A DNA stretch of 64,000 nt from Nitrosopumilus sp. (GTDB taxonomy: Archaea; Thermoproteota; Nitrososphaeria; Nitrososphaerales; Nitrosopumilaceae). Shown in pieces: positions 28,080 to 37,309 of this stretch. Position 1 is the first letter of the stretch, and the number at the start of each line of letters is the position of its first letter. Made by a program: the position numbers and the translations under genes. The DNA is taken from the NCBI GenBank assembly GCA_963662625.1, contig OY759726.1, forward strand, positions 896,001 through 960,000, given 5' to 3'. The notes under the pieces were generated by a model. It had not been told where the DNA came from and did no database searches. It saw nothing but the letters and a program-made list of their open reading frames with translations.

Positions 28080-29453
28080 TTGGATGTCACAAAACTCGGG
28101 GCGGCCGCGATCGCTGCAGCGGTGTTGTTCCCCCTGGGAATGGCGTACGGCCACGGGTATGGGGTTGACACCATCCCGTCGGTCAGCCTGCAGGGAAAGG
28201 AGGCCACGATCACGGTAGAGCTCCCGATGTACTTTGACGAGCCGGGCGACAAGCAGATCACGATTACTGCCACGGATGACGATACCGGCGAGACGGTAAA
28301 AAACACCACGTACCTAGTGGGCCTCTTCCATGACGGCGAACTGGTATTCAGGGATTACTTCTCCGCAGCAGACGGGGTCCTGGCCGTCGACGCGAAGCAC
28401 TCCGAGGGAGGGGACGTCATGATCCGCGGCCAGCGAGACGAGTCGTCGGGGGCATGGTATGGGAGTGAGTCCGCGCCGCTTGAGATAACCGGCCCGATAT
28501 TCAGTTCCGGCGGCCTTTACACCTTCGAGATAGGGGTGGGGGGCGTCGACGACACTGCGGACACGGTAGGGGATCGGGGCACCCATTACGCGGACCTGAC
28601 GCTTGTGGGCACCACGGAATTCTTCCAGGAAGACTCCGGCGGGCAGGACGTGAAATTCAGGATGAAATCCTACTTTGACGAGACATCAAACTTTGAGTAC
28701 GATCCGGCGGCAAGCCAGGTCTCGTTTGGGATGCCGTTTGACTGGAGCGAAAAGAGGATGTCCCACGTCCCGGTCGTCCACGTGGAAGTGCACTTTCCAA
28801 AGGACTTTGCCGAGTTCCTCCACCCGGGATACGTCGGCCAGGTAAACGGGATAGACCTCTTCAAGGCGTCAGTGGTGATCGATGACTATACGGAGAGCGA
28901 CGAACGAATAGTCCACTTTGTGCTGCTGCAGGACCACCTCCAATTCTTGAAAAACCAGCAAAAGGCATCTGGGGAGCCGCTTCCCGGAACCATGGAATTC
29001 ACCCTGTCGGCAAGCGAGAAAATCTCGTTCCCGCTCACCGCGTTTACCAGAAGCGAGGACTTTCAGGTGGATCTCTCGTGGGATCCAGTGGAGATCGAGC
29101 CCGGCCAGAAGACCAACTTCATCTTCACAATCCGGGACGGTTCCACCGGGGATCCCATGCGGAACTCCGACTATACGTTCGTAATTTTGCAGAACGGGAA
29201 GGAAATACACAGGGCCTCCGGACAGGCCCAAGTGGGCGGCGACTTTGAGGCATACGAGTTTGCCGAAGGCCAGACGGGGCCCACGGTAATACGCTTTGAA
29301 AACATCAGAAACTCTGGCCAGGAGACCGAGTTTGGCCTGGTGGTCGTGCCCGAGTTTGGAAGCCTCGTGGCAGTCATGCTCGCAGCAGGCGTGGCAGGCA
29401 CAATCCTTCTTGGCAGGAGGCACGGGCTCCTCCCCCGTAGGAACTGCCTGTAG
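28080..29453 (+). CDS. Secreted PEFG-CTERM protein
   Basis: Signal peptide ending AYG-H; MPFDWS...VVHVE core; VPEFG + TM + RR. Confidence 0.85.
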   Translation: MDVTKLGAAAIAAAVLFPLGMAYGHGYGVDTIPSVSLQGKEATITVELPMYFDEPGDKQITITATDDDTGETVKNTTYLVGLFHDGELVFRDYFSAADGVLAVDAKHSEGGDVMIRGQRDESSGAWYGSESAPLEITGPIFSSGGLYTFEIGVGGVDDTADTVGDRGTHYADLTLVGTTEFFQEDSGGQDVKFRMKSYFDETSNFEYDPAASQVSFGMPFDWSEKRMSHVPVVHVEVHFPKDFAEFLHPGYVGQVNGIDLFKASVVIDDYTESDERIVHFVLLQDHLQFLKNQQKASGEPLPGTMEFTLSASEKISFPLTAFTRSEDFQVDLSWDPVEIEPGQKTNFIFTIRDGSTGDPMRNSDYTFVILQNGKEIHRASGQAQVGGDFEAYEFAEGQTGPTVIRFENIRNSGQETEFGLVVVPEFGSLVAVMLAAGVAGTILLGRRHGLLPRRNCL

Positions 29454-29639
29454 CGCGGCCGGCTTCCGTCCCCGGCCGGCGTATGGCACCCTTCGAGTTT
29501 TTCCGACACAGGCAAGCTTGCCTTCCCCGCACGTTTTTTGGGATCTTCCGGCCTTGGGGGATCGCCTTACGTGACCAAAACCTGCCTCGGCCAGCAACCC
29601 CGGCCTTAGGACTCATGCTCCCCGCCGCAACCACATCGC

Positions 29640-29777
29640 CTAATGCCGGTGCTGCTGGATTTCCTGGATGTCCTGACAGCACTTGCATATGGTGGAGACT
29701 ACTAGCCTGCAACCTGAACACTGCTCGTATTTTTGTATGCGGCACCCGCAGATCCTGCAGAACTCATTCTTTAACAT
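29640..29777 (-). CDS. 45-aa Cys-rich zinc-finger microprotein
   Basis: MLKNEFCRICG...CSGC...ICKCC...HRH, directly downstream of 29782-30099. Confidence 0.6.
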   Translation of the reverse strand: MLKNEFCRICGCRIQKYEQCSGCRLVVSTICKCCQDIQEIQQHRH

Positions 29778-29781
29778 GCCG

Positions 29782-30099
29782 CTATTCGCGGGAGGGGCCG
29801 CCCAAGACCGAGAGTATTGGCATCGCGTCCCACTGATACATGGAGTATTGCAGTATCCCGGAACATATCTTGTCGTACTCGTCGTAAAACTCTGCCGCTT
29901 CCCGCTCCGTTCCCTCAAACACCGCCATGCCCGTCGCATTGTCATTGAAGGCGCCGGACCACATAATCCTCCCACTGCCTTGCCACCCGTCCACCAGGCT
30001 CTGAATCTGGGGTGCTATCCTACCTAATTCCTCACGACTGGTGTCCTCCCTGAATACTGTAATTATGACCCACGGTGTAGCCTCCACTGCTTGGCTCAT
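29782..30099 (-). CDS. YciI/ferredoxin-like-fold hypothetical protein
   Basis: GRIMWSGAF...GMAVFE. Confidence 0.65.
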   Translation of the reverse strand: MSQAVEATPWVIITVFREDTSREELGRIAPQIQSLVDGWQGSGRIMWSGAFNDNATGMAVFEGTEREAAEFYDEYDKICSGILQYSMYQWDAMPILSVLGGPSRE

Positions 30100-30322
30100 G
30101 CTGAAAAGCCGCGCTGTCTGCTATTAAAAATACCGAACAGTCCAAGACCATGCTCTATTCTTTCAAAACACATCCGGGTAACATGCCGAACCCGCTGCGG
30201 CATTTTGAAACAATTTTAGGGAACCATCGATGGATATAATAGATCTCAGCACACATTTTTCTCTGGTTGTTGCATGAGCCCCTTGCTGTATTACTTTCCA
30301 AGCATGCGACTGCCGACCAACA

Positions 30323-30414
30323 CTGGCAAAACCATGGCCCGATACAGAACCGCGTGCTCTGACCCACCAAAGTTTCGCCGCTGGCATGATCCTCTGCCGC
30401 CATGGTTTTGCCAG
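30323..30414. repeat. 92-bp element bounded by a perfect 16-bp inverted repeat (MITE-like or RNA hairpin)
   Basis: ctggcaaaaccatggc (30323-30338) and gccatggttttgccag (30399-30414). Confidence 0.75.
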
Positions 30415-30484
30415 ATTTACTGTAACCGGCGCCGTGAAATACGGTTGTAATCCGTGACGCACATTTCGGCATGCGACTCACGCC

Positions 30485-30868
30485 CTAGAGCGCTACCAGT
30501 TTCACCGTATCCATGTTCTTGTTTGTTTGAAAATCCTTTGTTATTGTGGCGACCTTCTTTGCATCCCCGCTGATCACAAAGAGTTCCATGCATTTTTCCT
30601 GATCAAGCTTGCTGTGGAGATGGGTGGTGATCAGGTCCTCGAAGTTATGCGCAATCCCTGTGACTACGTGGTCAAACTCGTCTCCGTGCACCACCAGTAA
30701 TATCGCATGGATGTTTCCCGCTAGGTCTGATTTCTGTTTTTCCTCTGAGACAAAGGCCCTGATTCCGGCACGGATTGCTTCGGATCTTCCCGAGAACCCC
30801 AACGATGCCTGCAACCTGTCCAGCTCTGCAAGTATCTCATTGTTCAACGAAATCGAGACTATCGGCAT
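30485..30868 (-). CDS. NikR-family (RHH + ACT) metalloregulator
   Basis: IVSISL...LD.L...GFSGRSEAIR, THLHSKL...CMELF. Confidence 0.88.
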   Translation of the reverse strand: MPIVSISLNNEILAELDRLQASLGFSGRSEAIRAGIRAFVSEEKQKSDLAGNIHAILLVVHGDEFDHVVTGIAHNFEDLITTHLHSKLDQEKCMELFVISGDAKKVATITKDFQTNKNMDTVKLVAL

Positions 30869-30876
30869 GGTGTTGT

Positions 30877-30942
30877 TGTTATTAATTCCCTTAAAAGTTT
30901 AGCAGGTAATATTATTAAACATAAACATATTTATTAATAACA
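30877..30942. promoter_or_regulatory. Candidate operator(s) in the nikR-like/znuA divergent promoter
   Basis: tgttattaat (30877-30886) and attaataaca (30933-30942) form a perfect inverted repeat; internal palindromes taatatta and ttattaataa. Confidence 0.55.
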
Positions 30943-30958
30943 TTCCGTAATCTGGAGC

Positions 30959-32104
30959 GTGAATCGGCAGACAAAGATCGGAATAGCTGCAATAGCCGCG
31001 GTGGTTCTAGCGCTCTCAGTTATGCTGTGGACCTCCGACACGGAGCCAATTCCCCAAGACGCTTCGCCGAAGCTGCAGGCGCTGTCGTCGTTTTACCCGA
31101 TCAACGAGTTTGCGCAAGCGGTGGGGAAGGATCGTGCCGATATCGACCTCCTGACTCCGGGAGGCGCAGACCCACATGACTGGGAGCCGACCATCCAAGA
31201 CGCACAGCGCATGCAAAGCGCCGACCTGATAATAATTAACGGGCTGGATTTTGAGGCATGGGTAGACAACTTGGAGCAGACCGGCTACCCGGGAGCCATA
31301 GTAGACACCAGCGCCGGCATTGTAGCCAAGGATTTTGCCGAGCACGGCGACGATGAGCACGGCGACGATGAGCACGGCGACGATGAGCACGGCGACGATG
31401 AGCACGGCGACGATGAGCACGGCGACGATGAGCACGGCGACGATGAGCACGGCGACGATGAGCACGGCGACGATGAGCACGGCGACGATGAGCACGGCGA
31501 CGATGAGCACGGCGACGATGAGCACGGCGACGATGAGCACGGCGACGATGAGCACGGCGACGATGAGCACGGCGACGATGAGCACGGCCATGGGCACGGC
31601 TCCGGCGACCCGCACATCTGGCTGAATCCAACCCTTGCAAAGATCCAAGTTCAGAACATAGCCGACGCGTTCTCCACGTCCGATCCGCAGAACCGGGATT
31701 TTTACCAGGATAACGCCGCGGCATACATCTTGCAACTGGACTCGCTTGATTCAAAAATACGCGGAGAACTTTCAGGCTGCAACCGTGACTTTATTGCGTA
31801 CCATAATGCCTTCGCATACCTCGCAGACGAATACAACTTGGTTCAGCATACCGTAGTCCCCTCATCCGACCCACACGCCGAACCCACGGCCCAGAGGCTA
31901 GAGATGGTAATTGACAAAGCAAGAGAACTGGGTCTTTCTGTTGTCTTTACAGAGGAGGGGGTAGACCCACGGGTACCCCAAGTGGTCGCAGACGAGATAG
32001 GCGGCAGGATCCTCTTGTTGTCCCCGCTGGAGATCGCAGATGACGCGGACTATATAACCCGAATGACCCAAAACCTTGACAGTCTCAAGGAGGCACTGTG
32101 TTAA
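30959..32104 (+). CDS. znuA: Zn/Mn ABC transporter solute-binding protein with His/Asp-rich loop
   Basis: DPHDWEP, DPHIWLNP, YHNAFAYL. Confidence 0.9.
   Translation: MNRQTKIGIAAIAAVVLALSVMLWTSDTEPIPQDASPKLQALSSFYPINEFAQAVGKDRADIDLLTPGGADPHDWEPTIQDAQRMQSADLIIINGLDFEAWVDNLEQTGYPGAIVDTSAGIVAKDFAEHGDDEHGDDEHGDDEHGDDEHGDDEHGDDEHGDDEHGDDEHGDDEHGDDEHGDDEHGDDEHGDDEHGDDEHGDDEHGDDEHGHGHGSGDPHIWLNPTLAKIQVQNIADAFSTSDPQNRDFYQDNAAAYILQLDSLDSKIRGELSGCNRDFIAYHNAFAYLADEYNLVQHTVVPSSDPHAEPTAQRLEMVIDKARELGLSVVFTEEGVDPRVPQVVADEIGGRILLLSPLEIADDADYITRMTQNLDSLKEALC
31340..31588 (+). repeat. Perfect 15-bp VNTR (gagcacggcgacgat x16 plus a partial unit) encoding EHGDD
   Basis: Directly visible in the sequence. Confidence 0.97.
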
Positions 32105-32820
32105 AGGCTGTAGAAGTCGAGGGGCTGACAGTAGAGTACCCGGGAGTAAAGGCGCTTGACGGCATCACATTCTCCGTTAACCGTGGAGACTTTCTGGGCA
32201 TCATCGGCCACAACGGCGCGGGCAAGTCTACCCTCTTTGCATCCATGTTGGGCCTTAACACAAAATACCGCGGCATGATCAAGTTCTTCGGGCGGGACAT
32301 CAGAAAGTCATCCGACTACCTCCGTAACGTTGGCTACGTGCCACAACGGCTTGTATTTGAGAAGAATTTCCCGGTCACCGTGACCGATGTCGTGAACATG
32401 GGCGTGCGTGACGAGTCAACCAGGAAAAACGTCGATAAAGTATTACAGCAGCTGTGGATCCATGAGTTGGGAAACAGGCGCATAGGCGCCCTGTCCGGCG
32501 GGCAACTGCAGCGCGTATTTATCGCAAAAGCCCTTGTTAACAACCCCTCACTGCTGATCCTCGACGAGCCGGTCGTCGGGATTGACCGGCAGAGTGTAGA
32601 GATATTTTACAGCATCCTACGCGAGTTGAACACCAAGGAAAAGATCACGATCATCTGGTCGTCACATGACCTTGACGCAGTAAACCGGCTTGCAAACCGT
32701 GTGGCGTGCCTTAACAGGACGCTATTCTTCCACGGGGAATCAGACATCTTCTTTGAGAACAGCAAGCTGGTAAGGCAATACTCTGAGTCACCAATGCAAC
32801 AGCACACGCGCCACAACTGA
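32098..32820 (+). CDS. znuC: Metal ABC transporter ATPase
   Basis: GHNGAGKST, GYVPQ, LSGGQLQR, LDEP. Confidence 0.9.
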   Translation: MLKAVEVEGLTVEYPGVKALDGITFSVNRGDFLGIIGHNGAGKSTLFASMLGLNTKYRGMIKFFGRDIRKSSDYLRNVGYVPQRLVFEKNFPVTVTDVVNMGVRDESTRKNVDKVLQQLWIHELGNRRIGALSGGQLQRVFIAKALVNNPSLLILDEPVVGIDRQSVEIFYSILRELNTKEKITIIWSSHDLDAVNRLANRVACLNRTLFFHGESDIFFENSKLVRQYSESPMQQHTRHN

Positions 32821-32821
32821 C

Positions 32822-33640
32822 ATGTCACTTGAAATACTGTCATACGGTTTCATGCAGAGGGCGCTGATCTCGGGCGTTGTCATCGCAGTCCTGTGTTCCA
32901 TCGTGGGCCTGTTCCTAGTCCTGCGCCGACACTCCCTGTTTGGTGACGCGATGGCCCACTCGTCTTTTGGCGGCATCGCGTTGGGACTGATGGCAGGCGT
33001 CTACCCGATGTGGGCTGCCTACGGGGTCTCGCTGCTCAGCGCGCTGGTCATAACCCGCATCAAATACAAATTCGACATATCTGGCGAGGCGGCCGTGGCG
33101 GTGCTGCTGTCCTCGGGCATTGCCATAGGGCTAGTAATCATTAGCATAACGGGAGGGTTCACGGTAGACATCTTTAGCTTTCTATTTGGCAGCATCATGC
33201 TTGTAAGCCTGAATGACACGATCCTGATCCTGGCGCTTGTGGGAGCGATCCTCACCGTGATCCTCCTGACGTACAGGCATCTGATTTATTCCACATTCAA
33301 TGAGGATCAGGCAAAGGCAAGCGGCATCCCTGTGGAGAAGATCAACTACATGATCATCTTTATGGCAGGAGTGACAGCAGTCACGGCAATACAGCTGATC
33401 GGCGTGTTGCTGATATCGGCGCTGTTTGTGATTCCGAACGTGAATGCGATCATGTACGGCCGGGGGTTCAAGCAGACGGTAGCCATATCCATCTCCTTTT
33501 CCGTCTTTGCAGTCGTCGTGGGAATCATGGTCTCATACGTGCTTGACATCACTCCTTCCGGGGCCATAGTATTGTTGTCGATCGGGCTGCTTGCCGGGAC
33601 TCTGGGAATAAAGTCGGCGGGCCTGATGCCTACCCGTTAA
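32822..33640 (+). CDS. znuB: Metal ABC transporter permease
   Basis: FMQRAL, GDAMAHS, FLFGSI. Confidence 0.9.
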   Translation: MSLEILSYGFMQRALISGVVIAVLCSIVGLFLVLRRHSLFGDAMAHSSFGGIALGLMAGVYPMWAAYGVSLLSALVITRIKYKFDISGEAAVAVLLSSGIAIGLVIISITGGFTVDIFSFLFGSIMLVSLNDTILILALVGAILTVILLTYRHLIYSTFNEDQAKASGIPVEKINYMIIFMAGVTAVTAIQLIGVLLISALFVIPNVNAIMYGRGFKQTVAISISFSVFAVVVGIMVSYVLDITPSGAIVLLSIGLLAGTLGIKSAGLMPTR

Positions 33641-36407
33641 TGAGTTCGTTCAGCCTTCTCTTGTCGCCGACGGCCTTCACGTAGAACAGCGACATCGTGA
33701 TGACCCCCAACGCAATCAACGGCGATGCGATCTCCGTGTATTTCAGGCCAAGTAACTGCGGCGGCCCCTCTGCCTGCGCGGGGGGCGGGAGCTCTGTCTT
33801 CTTGACCATCCCAAGCTTGTTCCCCCGCTGCTCTACGAACCATACGTCTTTCTTGCCGTCCGTGGTGGTGAACTGTACCCATGAGGTGGTGGTGGGGATG
33901 GGTACCTCCAGCACGGCGTCGTTGTCGGGGTCATGCACTGCCAGGCTGTCCACCGCATGCTGCGCAATCCAGACGTTCCCGTACCTGTCAAGCGACATCC
34001 CGAACGGAAGCGCCCCGTCGTTGGGCACGGCAACCCTCTCAAAGGTCTCCAGCACGGTGTCAAACCTTGCTATTCCAGCCCCAGTGTGCTCCCCGATCCA
34101 GACGTTCCCGTCATCGTCAAACAGTAGTGATTCTGGTGACTTGAGGGGGATCTCGGGGGCAAACTCCGTGACCTCGTTGCCCTCCGGGTCGATGTACCCG
34201 ATGCGCCCGCTCTGGGATCCTGTAAACCAGATCTTTCCCTCGTCGTCCACCGCCAGCGCAAACGGCATCGATCCCTCCCCCGGCAACCTGACCTCCTGGA
34301 ACGTACTACGTGCCTGGTCGTACTTGAGGATCAGATCCTTGGATCCAATCGCCGTCCAGACGTTTCCCCTGCCATCTGACTGGATGAAGGTGGAGGTATT
34401 GTTAATCCCTGCGGGTTCCAGCTCCGGCAGGCCTATCCTGGTTATCTCCCCCGTCGCAGGATCTATGAAACCGATCTGGTTTCCTGGCGGATCGTTGAAC
34501 CAGATCTTCCCCTCGTTGTCTTTTGTGAGCACTACCGAGGTCATTCCCTCAAACGAAAATGACTCAAACTCCTTGGAGTCTAGATCAAACTTCCAGAGCC
34601 TTGGAGCGGAGGCATCGCTTATCCATACTGATCCCCTCCCGTCATACAGCGGATAAAGTGGCGCGGCCTCTGCGGGAAGCTCGTACTCGACCAGCTCTAT
34701 TTTGAGATCCGTCAGCCTTGGCTTGACCGTCAGCGGGAGCAGCACCGACTCGTTTGCATTCTCCGTCCTCTGGATCTCGATCTCCACGTGCCACGTCCCA
34801 GAAAACCCGAAGGCCGCCTCGCCCCTGAACTCCACCACGCCGTCCTCGCCATTGATCTTCTCCAGGGCGACCTTTACGGGGGCGATGCCCTTCTCCGGGT
34901 TTGATACCTTGACTTTCAGCTCGCCTTGATCGTAAATCGGCCCGCCGCCAGGATCGGTCACCTTCACTGCTATGGAGTTTTCTCCCACGTAGAACGGCAC
35001 TACCTCGACGTCAAACCTTGCATTCTCGGAAAACTCCGTGGTTTTAAAGTCGTACAGGATTTCCTGCGCCTCCGCCTTCTGGATCTCGCCCGCAGGCAGG
35101 GTCCCGTTCGAAAGCAGGGCCACGACCCCGAGGAGGATCACGCCTAGCGCGGCCTCCCCGGCCAACGATCGCCGCAACTTCCTGTGCACCGAGAGGGCCT
35201 TTGTCCTGATTGCCTCTTCCCCCGCCTTCTGAATCATGAATTGGGAGAACCCGCCCATGCCTACCATGGCCCCGGCTATCGCTATCTTGGCCATGATCAG
35301 CTTGCCGTACGTGGACTCTACAATCACGCCCACGTCGCTCTCCAGGTGCCACATCAGTGTCGGGCCGGTTATTATGACTATCCCCACAGCTATCACAAAC
35401 GCGATGGAAAACCTCGGGATCACGACCAGGGACATCCTCTCCTTCTTGTCACCGTCCAGTCTTGAAAACGTGGGAAGCAGCGTCGACACGAAGAAGATGA
35501 TCCCGCCTATCCATACCGCCGCTACCAGGTTGTGCACGTAGTCGAGGGCCGCCGCTGACAGCTGCTCGCTTGCGGCGCCGTGACCCATCATCGTGGTCGT
35601 GGCGATCAGGACTAGCGACAGGGCCAGCATGGGAGCCTGGTTGATCTTCGTGACGTGTTTCTTCCTGTTCATCCAGAACCACACTCCGAGAAGGACCACG
35701 GTGATCGCCATCCTGAGCATCCACGTGGATCCGAACGACGTCTGGACTGTCTCCAGCACCGACGCCTCCAGCCGCCAGGCATGTACTCCCAGCACCATAA
35801 GGTTGGATGCCATGACCAGCACCAGCCCGATTCCGGTAACCGACATGAACCTTCCGTGGTAGAACGTCTTTAGCTTGCCAAGATCGGCCCTTATCAGCCG
35901 CGTGTTCTGCGTTCCCCAGATCAGCAGCGAGGCGATTGCCGCGCCCAGTACTATCGTCTGGCCTACAAGTCCGGGAAACCTGGCGCCGGCCTCGTGCAGG
36001 AACACCACGTCCTTGGCGGGATCCTCCAGGCCTGACCGTTCCAGCTTTGCGTTGCCCACAGCAAACACAAACGCGTCAGGCACAAGATGCCCGTCAACCC
36101 TTGACAAGACCTTGCTTGCGACTGTATACACCCCGTCCTCCAATGGCGGGGTGCTCACAACGAGGGACTCGTCACTCCCGCGGTGCTGCGTGTCTCTGTT
36201 GTCGATCTGGTCGCCGTTGCTGTCAAAGACCTTGAGAGAGCTGAAGCCCAGTTCGATGGATTCCGAATATACGACGTACACTTCGGTGATCCCGACCTGC
36301 GCGTTGCCCGTCGAGCCCGGGCTTGTCTCCACCATATACGGGTGTGCGGCGGCAGAAGGGACAGAAACGCAAATCAAGAGTACCAGGATCACGGGCAGCT
36401 TTTTCAT
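33630..36407 (-). CDS. CopC-CopD(YcnJ-like)-YtkA-Vgb/NHL beta-propeller fusion; copper uptake/resistance
   Basis: Signal peptide + HPY...VLSRVDGH (CopC); GHG...YVH...WIGG...YGKLIMAKI (CopD); G.W.VEI (YtkA-like); DxxGxVW repeats; C-terminal TM. ATG at 36407. Confidence 0.85.
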   Translation of the reverse strand: MKKLPVILVLLICVSVPSAAAHPYMVETSPGSTGNAQVGITEVYVVYSESIELGFSSLKVFDSNGDQIDNRDTQHRGSDESLVVSTPPLEDGVYTVASKVLSRVDGHLVPDAFVFAVGNAKLERSGLEDPAKDVVFLHEAGARFPGLVGQTIVLGAAIASLLIWGTQNTRLIRADLGKLKTFYHGRFMSVTGIGLVLVMASNLMVLGVHAWRLEASVLETVQTSFGSTWMLRMAITVVLLGVWFWMNRKKHVTKINQAPMLALSLVLIATTTMMGHGAASEQLSAAALDYVHNLVAAVWIGGIIFFVSTLLPTFSRLDGDKKERMSLVVIPRFSIAFVIAVGIVIITGPTLMWHLESDVGVIVESTYGKLIMAKIAIAGAMVGMGGFSQFMIQKAGEEAIRTKALSVHRKLRRSLAGEAALGVILLGVVALLSNGTLPAGEIQKAEAQEILYDFKTTEFSENARFDVEVVPFYVGENSIAVKVTDPGGGPIYDQGELKVKVSNPEKGIAPVKVALEKINGEDGVVEFRGEAAFGFSGTWHVEIEIQRTENANESVLLPLTVKPRLTDLKIELVEYELPAEAAPLYPLYDGRGSVWISDASAPRLWKFDLDSKEFESFSFEGMTSVVLTKDNEGKIWFNDPPGNQIGFIDPATGEITRIGLPELEPAGINNTSTFIQSDGRGNVWTAIGSKDLILKYDQARSTFQEVRLPGEGSMPFALAVDDEGKIWFTGSQSGRIGYIDPEGNEVTEFAPEIPLKSPESLLFDDDGNVWIGEHTGAGIARFDTVLETFERVAVPNDGALPFGMSLDRYGNVWIAQHAVDSLAVHDPDNDAVLEVPIPTTTSWVQFTTTDGKKDVWFVEQRGNKLGMVKKTELPPPAQAEGPPQLLGLKYTEIASPLIALGVITMSLFYVKAVGDKRRLNELING

Positions 36408-36656
36408 TTGTCTTATAACCCGCCAATGATAATATAAAGAGTTTTTATACCGCGGCGCCACTGCAGTCAACGCGCCATGAGCTCTCACAAGGAGGCCACC
36501 AACACGCACTGTGGATGATCCTGTGGCCGCCACCGCACGGAAAACGAAATCAATTCCGTCCCAATGAGTGGATGACCAGCGCGCCGGGGTGGCTACCTGC
36601 ACAAGACGGCACCTGCACGGGTTGATTCACTTAAATAAGCTATCGCCCGAAATGGA

Positions 36657-37301
36657 ATGGTATTCGTGAATATCCTCGCCCTGACCGTGACCATGTTGCT
36701 GTTTTCTGCAACCTTCGTATCCGTCGCGTCAGCACACGTGACTGTCGAGGTGGAGCCGTATGAGATCGAGATTGGGTGGGGTACCGAGCCCCCCATCGTA
36801 GGAATAAGAAACGACATTGTCTTCCGGATAGCCGAGACCGGCGAGACCCAGGGATCTTTCGTAGGGGTCCTGAACGCGTTCCACGAACTTGACGCGACTG
36901 CGATGTTTGGAGGCGCATCGAAGGGTATCCACGTCAATTCTGACCCACGGCCAGGATACTATTATTCCCCGATAATTCCTACAAAGACGGGCTCGTACAT
37001 GATCTCCCTGCAAGGACAGATCAACGGCATACCAATAGACGTCCAAACCCCGATTGAGAGTGTAGAAGGCACCGCCGTACTGGACTTTCCCCCGACCGGG
37101 GGCTCTTCGTCTGGTCAGGACGTTGCAGCACTAAAGAACGCGATATCCGACATCCGGCAGGACGTCTCGTCGATCAAGTCGGGCTCGGGCATCGCGGCTG
37201 CCCCCGACGGCGGTCTTGCATACGACTTTGCAGTGTTCGGGCTGTCAATCGCATCTGCCGCAATAGTCTTGGCAATAGTGGCCCTGGTAAAAAGAAGATA
37301 G
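36657..37301 (+). CDS. Secreted, C-terminally anchored protein with N-terminal His (YcnI-like)
   Basis: Signal peptide ending ASA-HVTV...IGWG.EPP; C-terminal TM + KRR. Confidence 0.7.
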   Translation: MVFVNILALTVTMLLFSATFVSVASAHVTVEVEPYEIEIGWGTEPPIVGIRNDIVFRIAETGETQGSFVGVLNAFHELDATAMFGGASKGIHVNSDPRPGYYYSPIIPTKTGSYMISLQGQINGIPIDVQTPIESVEGTAVLDFPPTGGSSSGQDVAALKNAISDIRQDVSSIKSGSGIAAAPDGGLAYDFAVFGLSIASAAIVLAIVALVKRR

Positions 37302-37309
37302 GGGAATCC

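Noticed and set aside
30155-30481. Two ~100-aa minus-strand ORFs
   Set aside because: Atypical composition with no motifs; better explained as a non-coding repeat-bearing element.
31016-31754. ORFs with (VAVLI)n, (RRAHR)n, (CSSSP)n and (MSTAT)n
   Set aside because: Other frames of the znuA VNTR.
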